Sequence record: NC_041911.1
DNA length: 64,000 nt
Reading direction: 5' to 3' (one strand)
The position numbers were made by a program, and so were the translations under genes. This document shows positions 48,901 to 57,987 of this stretch, one piece after another; within the stretch, counting starts at the first letter, position 1; every line of letters starts with the position of its first letter. The notes beneath the pieces were generated by a model. The model saw only the letters and a list, made by a program, of their open reading frames with translations, was not told the origin of the DNA and did no database searches.

Positions 48901-51900
48901 GCTACGAGATGTACACGTCTGCGAAGACGGGCAACGCCCTCAAGCATCCTCGCGATATTGATGGCCCGGTGCTCGACGACAAAGGCAACATGGTACTGAC
49001 TGAAGATCACATCAAGGTCGGTCTGTGTGACGTAGTGGGTGATCCGATCACTTCTGCTCGGATTCCGATTAAGATCATGCGCAAGGCCAAGGCGGCCTGG
49101 GAGATGATGCGTGATGCTGCTGTGGGTATCTTCGGTGCACTGAAAGGTGGGCTGGGGAATGTGAATGAGTATTTCAAGAACTTCTTCACGCCTTTTGCAG
49201 ACATTATCACCAACTCCAAGAAGACGGTGACGTTGCTCGAAGCCATCCGGGATATCTTGGATGATCGACTGCCGAAACGTAAGAAAGTGCGTGGTGACGT
49301 CGATGGCGATGGTATCCGTGAGGGTTCCATTGAAGACATCCATCGCAAGCGTGACCAAGCGATGGCTCTGACGCATGACAAGGCAGCGGGTCGTGACCCG
49401 AATGCTGACATCAAGGCTGGTCAGGGTATGATCGGTAAGCTGTTGGGGGCTCTCTTCGGTAAGAAGAAAGCCGAGGAGGATGAAGAAGGTCACCATCACG
49501 GCGGTTCGCTGCTGGACGATGTAGCCGATGTTGCCGATATCTACGATGACCTTAAAGGCGGTCGTGGGGCTCGTGGCAGCGCTGAACGTCGCGCAGCAGC
49601 TAAGGCACGACTGAAGCGTATGCGTGGCGCTAAACCCGGTTTCCTGCGCCGTGGCGTGGGTGCATTGGGCAAGCTGGGTAAAGGTGCGCTCGGCCGTCTC
49701 GGTAAGTGGGGTCTGTTCAACACGGATCTGGTTCGCGGAGTAGGTAAGGTAGCTGGCGGTATCGGCAGCCCTCTGTTGCGCGGTGCTGGTAAAGTGGCTG
49801 GCGGCCTTGGTAGCTTGGCCGTGGGTGCTGGTCGTGGTCTGATGGGTCAGAGCAAGCTTGCTCGTCTGGCTCGTTGGGGCATGTTCAATACTGACTTGGT
49901 ACGTGGCGGGGCTAAAGGCCTTGGTTGGGCTGCTAAGGGCTTGGGTGCGGCTGCGAAGCTTGCGCCTCGTGCTCTGGGTCTGGCTGGTACGGCTTACAGC
50001 GCTTACAGTGCTTACGATAACATCAAGCAAGGCAATTACGGTGCTGCAGCACTGGATGCCGGTTTGGGTCTTGGTGGTATGGCACTGACTGGCGGCGGTT
50101 TGGCTGGTCTTGCCAGTATGGGTGGTGCGGCGATGGGTGGCTTGGGCGCAGTTCTGGCCTCGCCATTCCTGTTACCTGCTCTGGGTGTAGCTGCTGTAGG
50201 TGCGGCTGGTTATGCGCTGTACAAGTATTCCCAGAAGACCAAACCAACTAACCTGTCGAAGCTGCGTCTGGCTCAGTACGGTATCGCTGAAGACGACACT
50301 GATGCTCGTGACAAGATCTTCCAGTTGGAGCAAATGCTGGAAGATCACATGACCATCCGTGAAGACGGCAACATGATGCTCGATGAGAAAGGCGTCAAGC
50401 TCGAAGAGATCGCAGACCTGTTCGATATCCATCGTGAGAAGGACATGCAGTTGTTCAACATGTGGTACAAGCGGCGCTTCGTGCCGGTGTATCGCAAGTG
50501 GCTCACGGAAATGCGTAAGTTCGATAAGGGTGCGAAAATCGCCAAGATCGAAAGCGTGATTCCGGGTAAGAGCAAGCTGAGTGTCGCTTCGAGCGCTGTG
50601 TCTAGCTGTATGGATGCTTACTCGCACATGGTCGGTTGGAGCAATGCACGTCCGGAGCTGGCAGTTGATGCTAACGGCGTGCAAGCTGTTCTGGATTCGA
50701 TGCGTGTGGATCTCGCTAAAGATGCTGAAAAGGACGGAGGGCCGAAAGCAACAGCAGTAGCTAAAGATGGTGTATCGTCGACTACCGAGGCTAGTGCGTT
50801 GGCTGCGAAAGCACTGACGGACAAAGCGCATTACCAAGTGAAGGATCAAAAAGGAAATGTGCTGGATGCGGCATCCATGAACGTGGGTGAGTTGACGGAG
50901 AAGATCAAGAAAGGTTCATTGACTGTTAGTGTGGCTGTGACGCTTCCAGCGTCGCTGGTTCACAATGACAAGACCCATCTGGATGCTCTGGCAAGTATCC
51001 GTTACAAAGCCTACGGTTTGACCCACTTGTCGGCGGACAAAGTTCGCATGCTGGGTGCAATGGAACTCTTCATCGGTGACCACATCACGGATGATCCGGA
51101 TTCGCCTAAACTCAACATCTCGACGGAAGTCGTGATGAAGGCGGCTGGTGAAGTCTTTGGTGTGCCTAACATGACGGGTGAACATGCAACGCGCTGGAAG
51201 ACCTGGTTCAATGGTCGTTTCCTTCCAGTGTTCTTGATGTGGGCTGGTACGATTCGTAAGAAGACGGGCAAGACCAAACTTCAAGAAGCCAGCGATGCCT
51301 TCTCGATCGAAGACCAACTCTCGTTGGCGCGCGCAATCATTGGCGCGACTGGCGTGAACGCCGACGGTTCAAAAGTGCCGGTTTGGCAGATCCTTACCAA
51401 TCCTTGGCAAGATGACTACGAGCTGAACAGCGACCCGGACTCGACTGCCGGTAACTTGGAAGCAATTCGTCTGTTGGCTGACAAGGTGAAGTTGGGACAG
51501 GTCTCGGCCTCCCAGCTGCCGAACAAGCGCAAAGAACCGGTGGTTTGGTACAAGCCATGGACGTGGGGAAATGCTATCAATGAAAAAGTTGGTGGCAAGA
51601 GTCCGAACGGTAAGCAAGGTGCAGGTGTTAACGCTACAGGTGATTCCATCACTGGTGCGACCGGTAGTAAGGGCGCTGCTGCATTGTCAGGGATGGGTGA
51701 TCCGGTCTCCTTCTCTGGCGGCGGCGGTGGTAACTACACTGAGCTGCCGGCTTCGAGTGGTAATGGCTGGTCTGCAAACCGTGCGCTGATTCTGGCGGCG
51801 GCTAAGATGGCAGGTGTCGATCCTAAGGCCCTGATTGCAACCATCGCGATCGAATCGGGCTTTAACCCGAATGCTGCACCGAAGAATCCGAATCTGCCGT

Positions 51901-53462
51901 CCTCTGCAAAGGGGTTTGGTCAGCATCTGGATTCGAGTTGGCTGGAAGACTTGCAACGGGATGGTCGGAAGTTTGGTATCCCGAACGGTACGAGTCAGTT
52001 TGATCCGCGTGCAAGTGCGCTGATGACCGCAATGCGGCTGAAGTACAATGCTCAGGCTTTGCAAAAGGCTCTGGGTCGTCAGCCGACGGTGACCGATCTG
52101 TATCTGGCGCACCTGATGGGTACTGGTGGTGCTACGAAGTTCTTGAAAGCGCCGCAAGACGCAATCGGAGCTGAAGAGGCACCGACCGCAGCTAAGCAAC
52201 ACCCGACCTACTTCTACGAAGGTTCGCGTGCACTGACTGTGAAGGAAGTGTATGCGAAGTTTGCTGCGAAGGTAGCCAAACGCCCTGCTGAATTTGGGGT
52301 GACGGATACTGATATGAAGTCTGTTGGCTCCGTGGGTTCTGGTGCGACTCCTCCGCCGGCTTCTGGCGGTGGTGCTCCGCCTCCTGCTGCTCCTGCAAAA
52401 GCAGGTGCTGCTTCTGCTGGTCCCGCTCCTCGCGGTTCTGGCGGCGCCCCGGGGAAGGCAACATCAGCAAACACACCTTCGGCTGGCTCGCCGCGTCTGA
52501 ACGCGCCGGTGACGATGGATAAGGGTCACGCTGCAACGATGGGTACTGGTCCTGCTATCGTGAAGTCGAAAGATGCCAAGTACGAACTGATCCTCCAACG
52601 GGAAGAATCCGAGGATGATGGTACGTACGGTACACTGCGACTGCCCGATGGCACCACGCTCAATACGTTGGAGCTGCCGTGGCGAAACAACGAATCCAAA
52701 ATCTCATGCATCCCGCCGGGTTCCTACCCGTGTAAAAAGCGTCCGTCCGCGGCCTTCGGGAGAGAAATGTACGAGGTTGGACAAGTTCAGGGTCGTAGCG
52801 GTGTCTTGATTCACGCGGGTAATGCTGCTGGATCGGCAGACAAGGGTATGAAGGCGGATAGCCAAGGTTGTATCCTCTTGGGTATGGACCGGGGCCGTCA
52901 GGGTAATCAAAAGGTTATCACTGCGTCCAAAGCCGCTATGCAGCTTTTCAATGAGAAAATGCAAGACATGCCCTTTACGCTGATCATCCGTCCTGGTAAG
53001 GGTGGTCTTGGTACTGGTGATTCGAAGGCTAACGTAAGCTTCGATCCGGTTCGTGGTCCTGCTAACACAGGCGCACAGCCGGGCGCCGGTAACGGAATGC
53101 CTGCAGTACGTAAGCAGTCTTCTGCCGCTGGTGGTGGCTATGCAGATTCGGTAGCTACCGGTTCCGATCTGCCGCGTTATAACACAACGTCGACAGGTCT
53201 GAATACTGGCGGCCCAACCCGGGCTGACATGAGGGGTCGTGATGCAGCCATGTCGGATACGATTGGTCCTAAGCTGGATAACGTGGCTAACACGTTGTCG
53301 AAGATTGCGGACTCGTCGGATCAGGGCGTGGGAGTTTTGCGTCAGATCCTTGCAGTCATGAAGGGCAAGGGTGATGGTGATAAGCCGCCTTCGGTATCGG
53401 CAAACAAAGTGCGTCCGGAAACGGACACATCCGTTCCGGTTCCGCAGCGTCGCAACTTCTAA
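45960..53462 (+). CDS. Tape-measure/tail-associated lysin (phiKZ gp181-like) with lytic transglycosylase and DUF5675-like domains
   Basis: About 2,500 aa, helical with Gly/Ala-rich hydrophobic tracts. SLT motif AIESGFNPNA...AKGFGQ near 51780-52280 and LIHAGN...DSQGCILLG near 52580-52995. AAAGGAG RBS. Confidence 0.85.
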   Translation: MATIGFKASDQKLMDDFDNFNFDDFNFDVPEPKDDRHPIVKALAPIGRGAKNYITDASSIEKFVKAAMPRGYGQAYDLAQEARSEVKQLYNSVGEEIKPVKESAKTLMRKALPALDGKIPKGLKEKLEAFSKEEQQWQARQGDRREEQLGDLLKSIFEQKATDQVAQRNELNEREKVRQGFEQIRHRDQISQLDAIRLAVESQAQYQNKIGYSVQKKQLELSYRTFWAMADLNKEQKRSNAEFLSELKAVTRNTSLPDMAKISLMKDYKSIIRNKFLENAREGMFGGAQDYFRKFSRNIKDQVVGRVRDYAGMAGTMSAGAEGMAGMMEGMGDMPGFNARDEMIAGLMHLPMDWLAEKAGRKANAILAKNKKLRRGGSRASYMVNTVGDRIHEQLTDPTKGWGSLEGLRELLASAAPSSVPDSKMEVDSLDRAHEPRPFSRGNAKSLDEVIPGLLARIHREIKILRTGDESTPLVTYDFAKNKFSTEKQMGSDLRKRIAGGNTDRANHFANNIINRIDRGKKLTPEQRERARQHLIERAVMGESIDITKSHLGSHWGGGQDGQAIADSFSRYLRSTDGKLGNNDQAYKRQIELMQQHRGIVGGIGDPRVLLQQMVNSGQLETLKNIGIIDENNNLDRKAYSQWLMHAEEADLSSPASTTSGGGKSFRRTPGSRRRAAPSAGMSDFIPRTSSKGAMGGGAAHELRSLNESLSNSTVEKNVQTIADLLASLDSKYAHAAEVNYLTLQAMLDQLIAIASTSGGMGGSGGQGPLDLLTKGKRAYTSLWEHVKGSSREGLDRIKAHGKSMAARGMQLWDKYSPGAKRRVGDILGAGRDKLKDMHGRLRDYYGDVVVSGESFPRLRANLLKAGEYRDRLTGRVLTSLEDITGDVVDSSGNLVITLDEFYNSYVTGTINKRVRELFTNVTSKLADWKSRLQVFIPSTIRDLKSKALGALNRVKEMLPPYDVYVKNDMSKPLLFANMFRYEMYTSAKTGNALKHPRDIDGPVLDDKGNMVLTEDHIKVGLCDVVGDPITSARIPIKIMRKAKAAWEMMRDAAVGIFGALKGGLGNVNEYFKNFFTPFADIITNSKKTVTLLEAIRDILDDRLPKRKKVRGDVDGDGIREGSIEDIHRKRDQAMALTHDKAAGRDPNADIKAGQGMIGKLLGALFGKKKAEEDEEGHHHGGSLLDDVADVADIYDDLKGGRGARGSAERRAAAKARLKRMRGAKPGFLRRGVGALGKLGKGALGRLGKWGLFNTDLVRGVGKVAGGIGSPLLRGAGKVAGGLGSLAVGAGRGLMGQSKLARLARWGMFNTDLVRGGAKGLGWAAKGLGAAAKLAPRALGLAGTAYSAYSAYDNIKQGNYGAAALDAGLGLGGMALTGGGLAGLASMGGAAMGGLGAVLASPFLLPALGVAAVGAAGYALYKYSQKTKPTNLSKLRLAQYGIAEDDTDARDKIFQLEQMLEDHMTIREDGNMMLDEKGVKLEEIADLFDIHREKDMQLFNMWYKRRFVPVYRKWLTEMRKFDKGAKIAKIESVIPGKSKLSVASSAVSSCMDAYSHMVGWSNARPELAVDANGVQAVLDSMRVDLAKDAEKDGGPKATAVAKDGVSSTTEASALAAKALTDKAHYQVKDQKGNVLDAASMNVGELTEKIKKGSLTVSVAVTLPASLVHNDKTHLDALASIRYKAYGLTHLSADKVRMLGAMELFIGDHITDDPDSPKLNISTEVVMKAAGEVFGVPNMTGEHATRWKTWFNGRFLPVFLMWAGTIRKKTGKTKLQEASDAFSIEDQLSLARAIIGATGVNADGSKVPVWQILTNPWQDDYELNSDPDSTAGNLEAIRLLADKVKLGQVSASQLPNKRKEPVVWYKPWTWGNAINEKVGGKSPNGKQGAGVNATGDSITGATGSKGAAALSGMGDPVSFSGGGGGNYTELPASSGNGWSANRALILAAAKMAGVDPKALIATIAIESGFNPNAAPKNPNLPSSAKGFGQHLDSSWLEDLQRDGRKFGIPNGTSQFDPRASALMTAMRLKYNAQALQKALGRQPTVTDLYLAHLMGTGGATKFLKAPQDAIGAEEAPTAAKQHPTYFYEGSRALTVKEVYAKFAAKVAKRPAEFGVTDTDMKSVGSVGSGATPPPASGGGAPPPAAPAKAGAASAGPAPRGSGGAPGKATSANTPSAGSPRLNAPVTMDKGHAATMGTGPAIVKSKDAKYELILQREESEDDGTYGTLRLPDGTTLNTLELPWRNNESKISCIPPGSYPCKKRPSAAFGREMYEVGQVQGRSGVLIHAGNAAGSADKGMKADSQGCILLGMDRGRQGNQKVITASKAAMQLFNEKMQDMPFTLIIRPGKGGLGTGDSKANVSFDPVRGPANTGAQPGAGNGMPAVRKQSSAAGGGYADSVATGSDLPRYNTTSTGLNTGGPTRADMRGRDAAMSDTIGPKLDNVANTLSKIADSSDQGVGVLRQILAVMKGKGDGDKPPSVSANKVRPETDTSVPVPQRRNF

Positions 53463-53540
53463 CCAGCTAACGGCATAAGAGACGACGGGGGTAACCTCGT
53501 CGTCTCTCTATGTTTTGAGTCTTTTTAACAGATCACGGCT

Positions 53541-55655
53541 ATGGCAGAACGTCAAAAAGTAACCTTCCAGCGTCTTACGGATCACGACTGGTTGCGCCAG
53601 TCGTTTATGATCACGCATGGGACGCAGACTTCGTCGAGTGGCGACCCCACTACCGATGACGTCAAGATCCGGACGCGGTTCTTTTCCACCGCGGAATTCA
53701 AATTCGCCGACACTCGCCTAGGCGGGAACGTCGTCATCAACCCAGCTCCCCAGTTCACCCGTCTGGCCGATCCCCGCATTCGCGGTCTGTATCGGAATAG
53801 CAATGGCATGGGGCGCTACTATTCTGAAGTCATCGACGATAACAAACGCATCATCACGATGACGTTTGGAGTGCCGCAGTTCAACTCACTGTCCACCTTC
53901 TATCGTGGCTTCTACGACCATAACGCCGCTACCGTAGCACGTACGGGTCGTGCTCCATCGGTTTTTTATACCGCGGGTCAAGCAATCGGCTTTGTGGCCG
54001 GCCTCCTCTCGCCGTGGCTGGTGCTGTACTCGCTCGGCTCCGCGTTCATTAAAGTAGCAATGAACCAGCCATCGTCGAAGTATTACTTCTTCAAACCGTC
54101 GATGGCCAGCTACTGGAACGCCGTGTCTGGTGTTGCCAACGACTTGGCGGTGAAGACGCAACTGATCTCCCGTAAGCTCGGTGATCCGTGGCGCTCGCCT
54201 GGTGATACCCGTAGTTCACAGCTCTCTGATCAGGATCTGTCGGATATCAACCGCTTCCTCTACGACGTGATTGACAGTTACGACGAAGAGACCGGTCAGG
54301 GTAATGGTATCAATGTCTACGCTGTGGCTACGCGCTACACGCGTATTCAGCGCGCCGCCTTCCGTACACTGGAAAGCTACTACAAGTCACGCAGTGCTCC
54401 TGACCAATTCGCCACCACGGTGGATGAAGAAGGCAAGAACATGTTGCAACAGGTATCTGATGCCATTAACCGGCCTGAACTGCGTCGTCCGAAGACAACC
54501 TTCAAGGACTACATGGATCGCTGGACGGCTTCGGGTTCTCCGGGTGCCATGGAAGGTGCAGGTTCTGACAAGCTGTCGGTTTCGCTGGACAACGGCGGAA
54601 ACAATAGCAGTACGAACTCTTCGACTCCGCCAGCGGCTGGCGATGCAGCCGCGCCGCAGGGTACGACCGATCTGTTGACCGAAAAGTCGATCTCTTCAGC
54701 CAGCGAGTCCGATCAAACGCACTGGTATGACTTCCTGATCGCAGAACAGGATGACGGTGCGCAGTACGTATCCTTCCGTGTGGAGAACACAGGGGAACAG
54801 CAGGAATCGTTCTCTAACCAAGCAGGTGAGTCGGAGATCTCTTCGAAGATCAACTCGATCTCGGGTGCAGCACGTTCCACTCGCTTCTCGGCAGCTGATG
54901 GTAACGTCGGCGGCGGTATTGCGGGTCAGTTCGTTCAAGGCGTTATCTCTACGGCTAAGGACGTGGCAATGGGCGCGGCGAACTCGCTGGGTATCGACGG
55001 CATTGCAGCACTGGGCGGTAACGCGTTTGCAGACATTCCGAAATACTGGATGAACTCCACGACGTCCATGCCGCGTATGAACTATCGGATCAAGCTGATC
55101 TCGCCGTATGGCAATCGCTATTCCCGGTTCGTGAATATGTGGCTACCGTTGTCGATGCTGCTGGCTGGTTCTCTGCCTCTGTCCGCCGGCCCACACTCCT
55201 ACACGGCTCCGTTCTTGTGTCAGTTGTATGATCGCGGCCGTGCACAAACGCGTCTGGGCATGATTGACCAACTCTCGGTAACGCGCGGCGGCGGTAACCT
55301 AGGCTTTAACAAGATCGGCGAACCGATGTCTATCGAAGTATCGTTCTCGGTAGTGGAGTTGGGTAACATCCTGCACATGCCGATTGCTAAGTCGTTCAAC
55401 CCGATCCAAGGTCCTGGCAAGTTGATCTCCACGATCTTCGATAACGAATCGCTCTACAATGACTACATTGCGACTCTGTCGTCGTTATCGTTGGCTGAGC
55501 AGATTTATGTGGGTGAGCGTCTGAAGATTGGTGTGACGAAGTACCTCAAGGATGCCGATAGCTGGTTCAGTGTGCCTCACGCTATGAACTGGTTTGGTGA
55601 CCTCGCTCCAGTGCGTGCCTTCAGTGCATTCTTCAATGGTGTGGCTAACCGCTAA
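53541..55655 (+). CDS. Tail/baseplate structural protein (phiKZ gp182-like position)
   Basis: 704-aa gene following the tape measure, with KFADTRLGGN...INPAPQFTRLAD and YTAPFLCQLYDRGR. Confidence 0.65.
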   Translation: MAERQKVTFQRLTDHDWLRQSFMITHGTQTSSSGDPTTDDVKIRTRFFSTAEFKFADTRLGGNVVINPAPQFTRLADPRIRGLYRNSNGMGRYYSEVIDDNKRIITMTFGVPQFNSLSTFYRGFYDHNAATVARTGRAPSVFYTAGQAIGFVAGLLSPWLVLYSLGSAFIKVAMNQPSSKYYFFKPSMASYWNAVSGVANDLAVKTQLISRKLGDPWRSPGDTRSSQLSDQDLSDINRFLYDVIDSYDEETGQGNGINVYAVATRYTRIQRAAFRTLESYYKSRSAPDQFATTVDEEGKNMLQQVSDAINRPELRRPKTTFKDYMDRWTASGSPGAMEGAGSDKLSVSLDNGGNNSSTNSSTPPAAGDAAAPQGTTDLLTEKSISSASESDQTHWYDFLIAEQDDGAQYVSFRVENTGEQQESFSNQAGESEISSKINSISGAARSTRFSAADGNVGGGIAGQFVQGVISTAKDVAMGAANSLGIDGIAALGGNAFADIPKYWMNSTTSMPRMNYRIKLISPYGNRYSRFVNMWLPLSMLLAGSLPLSAGPHSYTAPFLCQLYDRGRAQTRLGMIDQLSVTRGGGNLGFNKIGEPMSIEVSFSVVELGNILHMPIAKSFNPIQGPGKLISTIFDNESLYNDYIATLSSLSLAEQIYVGERLKIGVTKYLKDADSWFSVPHAMNWFGDLAPVRAFSAFFNGVANR

Positions 55656-55691
55656 CCATTTTTTCAACCATCAACAAAAAGAAACACCATC

Positions 55692-56042
55692 ATGAACAAA
55701 GAAGACATTGCTCGTGTCTGTCACGAGACCAACCGCGCCTACTGCGAATCGCAAGGCGATCACTCTCTGGTTGCCTGGGAAGATTCCGCCGACTGGCAGA
55801 AGAAATCCATGCGCCTAGGTGTGGAGTTCCATTTGAGTGGCGATCACGGCCCCGAAGCCAGCCACGTCAACTGGATGAAGCAGAAGGAGCAGGATGGCTG
55901 GACCTACGGTCCCGTCAAGGATGAAGTCAAGAAGGAACACCCGTGCATGGTGCCCTTCAACCAACTGCCTGTCTCCCAACAGGCCAAGGATTTCATCGTC
56001 CGCAGTGTCGTTCACTCGCTGAAGCCGTATCTGACGGAATAA
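55692..56042 (+). CDS. RyR (ryanodine receptor repeat) domain protein
   Basis: IARVCHE...SHVNWMKQKEQDGWTYGPVKDEVKKEHPCMVPFNQLP...KD is the RyR repeat signature. Confidence 0.85.
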   Translation: MNKEDIARVCHETNRAYCESQGDHSLVAWEDSADWQKKSMRLGVEFHLSGDHGPEASHVNWMKQKEQDGWTYGPVKDEVKKEHPCMVPFNQLPVSQQAKDFIVRSVVHSLKPYLTE

Positions 56043-56050
56043 TGTCATAG

Positions 56051-56100
56051 CGGCATAAAGGAGAAGGGGCCTCGCGGCTCCTTCTCTTTCTTTTATGCCG
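56051..56100. terminator. Bidirectional hairpin terminator flanked by CGGCATAA and TTATGCCG
   Basis: Lies between convergent genes, with a stem and the motif in both orientations. Confidence 0.75.
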
Positions 56101-57330
56101 TTAAAGCCCCAGCAGTGCAGCGAGCGAGCCTTTAATAAGGCGAGCATCAACCACGTTCTGATTTGAAGCATTGCGCATACCAGCCGGGTTACCACCTTGC
56201 TTGGGCAGCTTGTCATTGTACTGACTGAGCAGCGCCACGTTAGGGAAGTCCCGTTTGATCGCATCACCTACTGTCACTTCACGGTAGACCGAAGCCAACC
56301 CGTGAACTGGCTGTACTCGTACTGGTGACGGACGACCTTGCGCTTGCTCTGTTGACCAATACTTCACACCAGTCATCAACAGGTTCGAGAAATCTCGCGA
56401 ACCACCAACCAGAGCCAGCAGATTCACTGCGGTGTTGCCAGGGTCGCCACGGGACATCGAATCCCACATGCTGTCCACATTCTCGAAAGAGTGGAAGATG
56501 TCTTCAAAGCTGTTTAGCGTCTTGGCGCGATCACCACGATAGACGAACGCCTTGGAGAAGTTCTGGGTGAAACCAGGGTCGAAGACGTTGATCAGCTTAC
56601 CGGCTGTCGACGAAGACAGGTCACGCAACATCTTGGTATCGCTATTGCGCAGTGCAATCGGCAATACTGCACGCGTTACCCGACCCAAGATGCCATTATC
56701 GTTCACCGTGTCGGTGATCGCTTTGAAGGCACCCGGAATCCCGAGGTCGCTGGCGGTGGTAATCACCGAACCCAGTAGGCCAGAGATAGCACCGCTGTCT
56801 TGACCGGAGAAGATGTTTGACTTCGTGTACTTGTTGATGAAGCTGCCAAGCGCGCGAACATCTTTGATATTCGCCGAATCCACCATTGACTTGGTGTCGT
56901 TGATCGTACACTGCAGTTTGGCGGCTTTCTGCTGTGCGTACGTCTTGAGCATCGCGCCTTGCTTGAGCTTGTCATTCAGGCCATTGTACATGTCCCTGAA
57001 TTCGCTGTTGGTGCCCAGTAGCCGTTCAGTCAGAACGTTCTTATCGAACATCAGACCTTCTTTGGTCTTCGAAAGAAAGTCTGCCGCCTCACCAGCTTTC
57101 AGCTTGAGGCCGAACAGGGAGTCTTGGACTCCGAGTTCCAGTTGTTGAATCGAGGTGATGGCACTAGCTTCCGCGCCATCTACCGCACTCATTAAGCTGT
57201 AGACGTCTGCGGTTGCGACGTCGTCTTTTGGTCCGCTCTCGAACGTGCTGCTCGCCAGTCCCGGAATGGACGGCTTCGAGATAGACGAGAGGTCGGGGAC
57301 CTGTACAGCAGGGATCGAGGGTAGCTGCAT
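56101..57330 (-). CDS. Putative virion structural protein
   Basis: About 409 aa, start MQLPSIP after AAGGA. FESGPKDDVATADVY N-terminus recalled from phiKZ-like tail proteins. Confidence 0.55.
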   Translation of the reverse strand: MQLPSIPAVQVPDLSSISKPSIPGLASSTFESGPKDDVATADVYSLMSAVDGAEASAITSIQQLELGVQDSLFGLKLKAGEAADFLSKTKEGLMFDKNVLTERLLGTNSEFRDMYNGLNDKLKQGAMLKTYAQQKAAKLQCTINDTKSMVDSANIKDVRALGSFINKYTKSNIFSGQDSGAISGLLGSVITTASDLGIPGAFKAITDTVNDNGILGRVTRAVLPIALRNSDTKMLRDLSSSTAGKLINVFDPGFTQNFSKAFVYRGDRAKTLNSFEDIFHSFENVDSMWDSMSRGDPGNTAVNLLALVGGSRDFSNLLMTGVKYWSTEQAQGRPSPVRVQPVHGLASVYREVTVGDAIKRDFPNVALLSQYNDKLPKQGGNPAGMRNASNQNVVDARLIKGSLAALLGL

Positions 57331-57414
57331 GATCGTCCTTAAACAAAAAAGAAATAGGGGCATAACCACAGCCCGCCTCCCGAAGGAAGCGAGCTGTGGC
57401 GTAGGCGGACGGGC

Positions 57415-57963
57415 TTATTTCTTCAAGTAACGCTTCTCAGCATCCAGCCAGACTGAAGGGACAACGCCCTCTTGCAGTGCCAGTCGGATGTCTTCAAAGC
57501 CCTTCACCAACCAGTCGGTTGATTGAGGGGTTACGTGAACACCAGTGGGGCCGAACGTGTAGTAATGATCGAAAGGTAGTTCGGACTCGATCATCAACTC
57601 GCGAATTCGATCATGCTGGATGATCTTTTGGTAGTTCGCGGCAATGATGTCTTCTTTAAAGTCCTTGTACCAGTGATAATCTAACGTCTTCCCTACTTGC
57701 TTCGCCCGGAAGCCGCTCAAATAGCGCAGCTTGTCTTCTTTGAAGCCAGAGCGCGCCCAATACCAGAAACCTTCCATAGAATAGAAAGGCCCGAAGTACG
57801 GATGCGTAAATGGCGTGTGGGCGAAGTGCGACAGAGCTTGACCGAGTTCCGTTTTCCCCATCGAATGGATGTTGATGTGGTCAATACCATCCGTTTCGGT
57901 AGAGAAACCCATGGCGCTCTTGGTTCCCGAGGTGTACTTAGATACTGCAGCTTTACGAGTCAT
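57415..57963 (-). CDS. NADAR-like protein (putative ADP-ribosyl glycohydrolase)
   Basis: LSHFAHTPF...GPFYSMEGFWYW...AKQVGK...QKIIQHDRIRELMIES parallels the NADAR/YbiA pattern (SNF..PF, SEHYF, AK.LGR, KF.Q...LR.LL). Confidence 0.55.
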   Translation of the reverse strand: MTRKAAVSKYTSGTKSAMGFSTETDGIDHINIHSMGKTELGQALSHFAHTPFTHPYFGPFYSMEGFWYWARSGFKEDKLRYLSGFRAKQVGKTLDYHWYKDFKEDIIAANYQKIIQHDRIRELMIESELPFDHYYTFGPTGVHVTPQSTDWLVKGFEDIRLALQEGVVPSVWLDAEKRYLKK

Positions 57964-57987
57964 GGTAATGTGTCTCTTTCGATGAGG

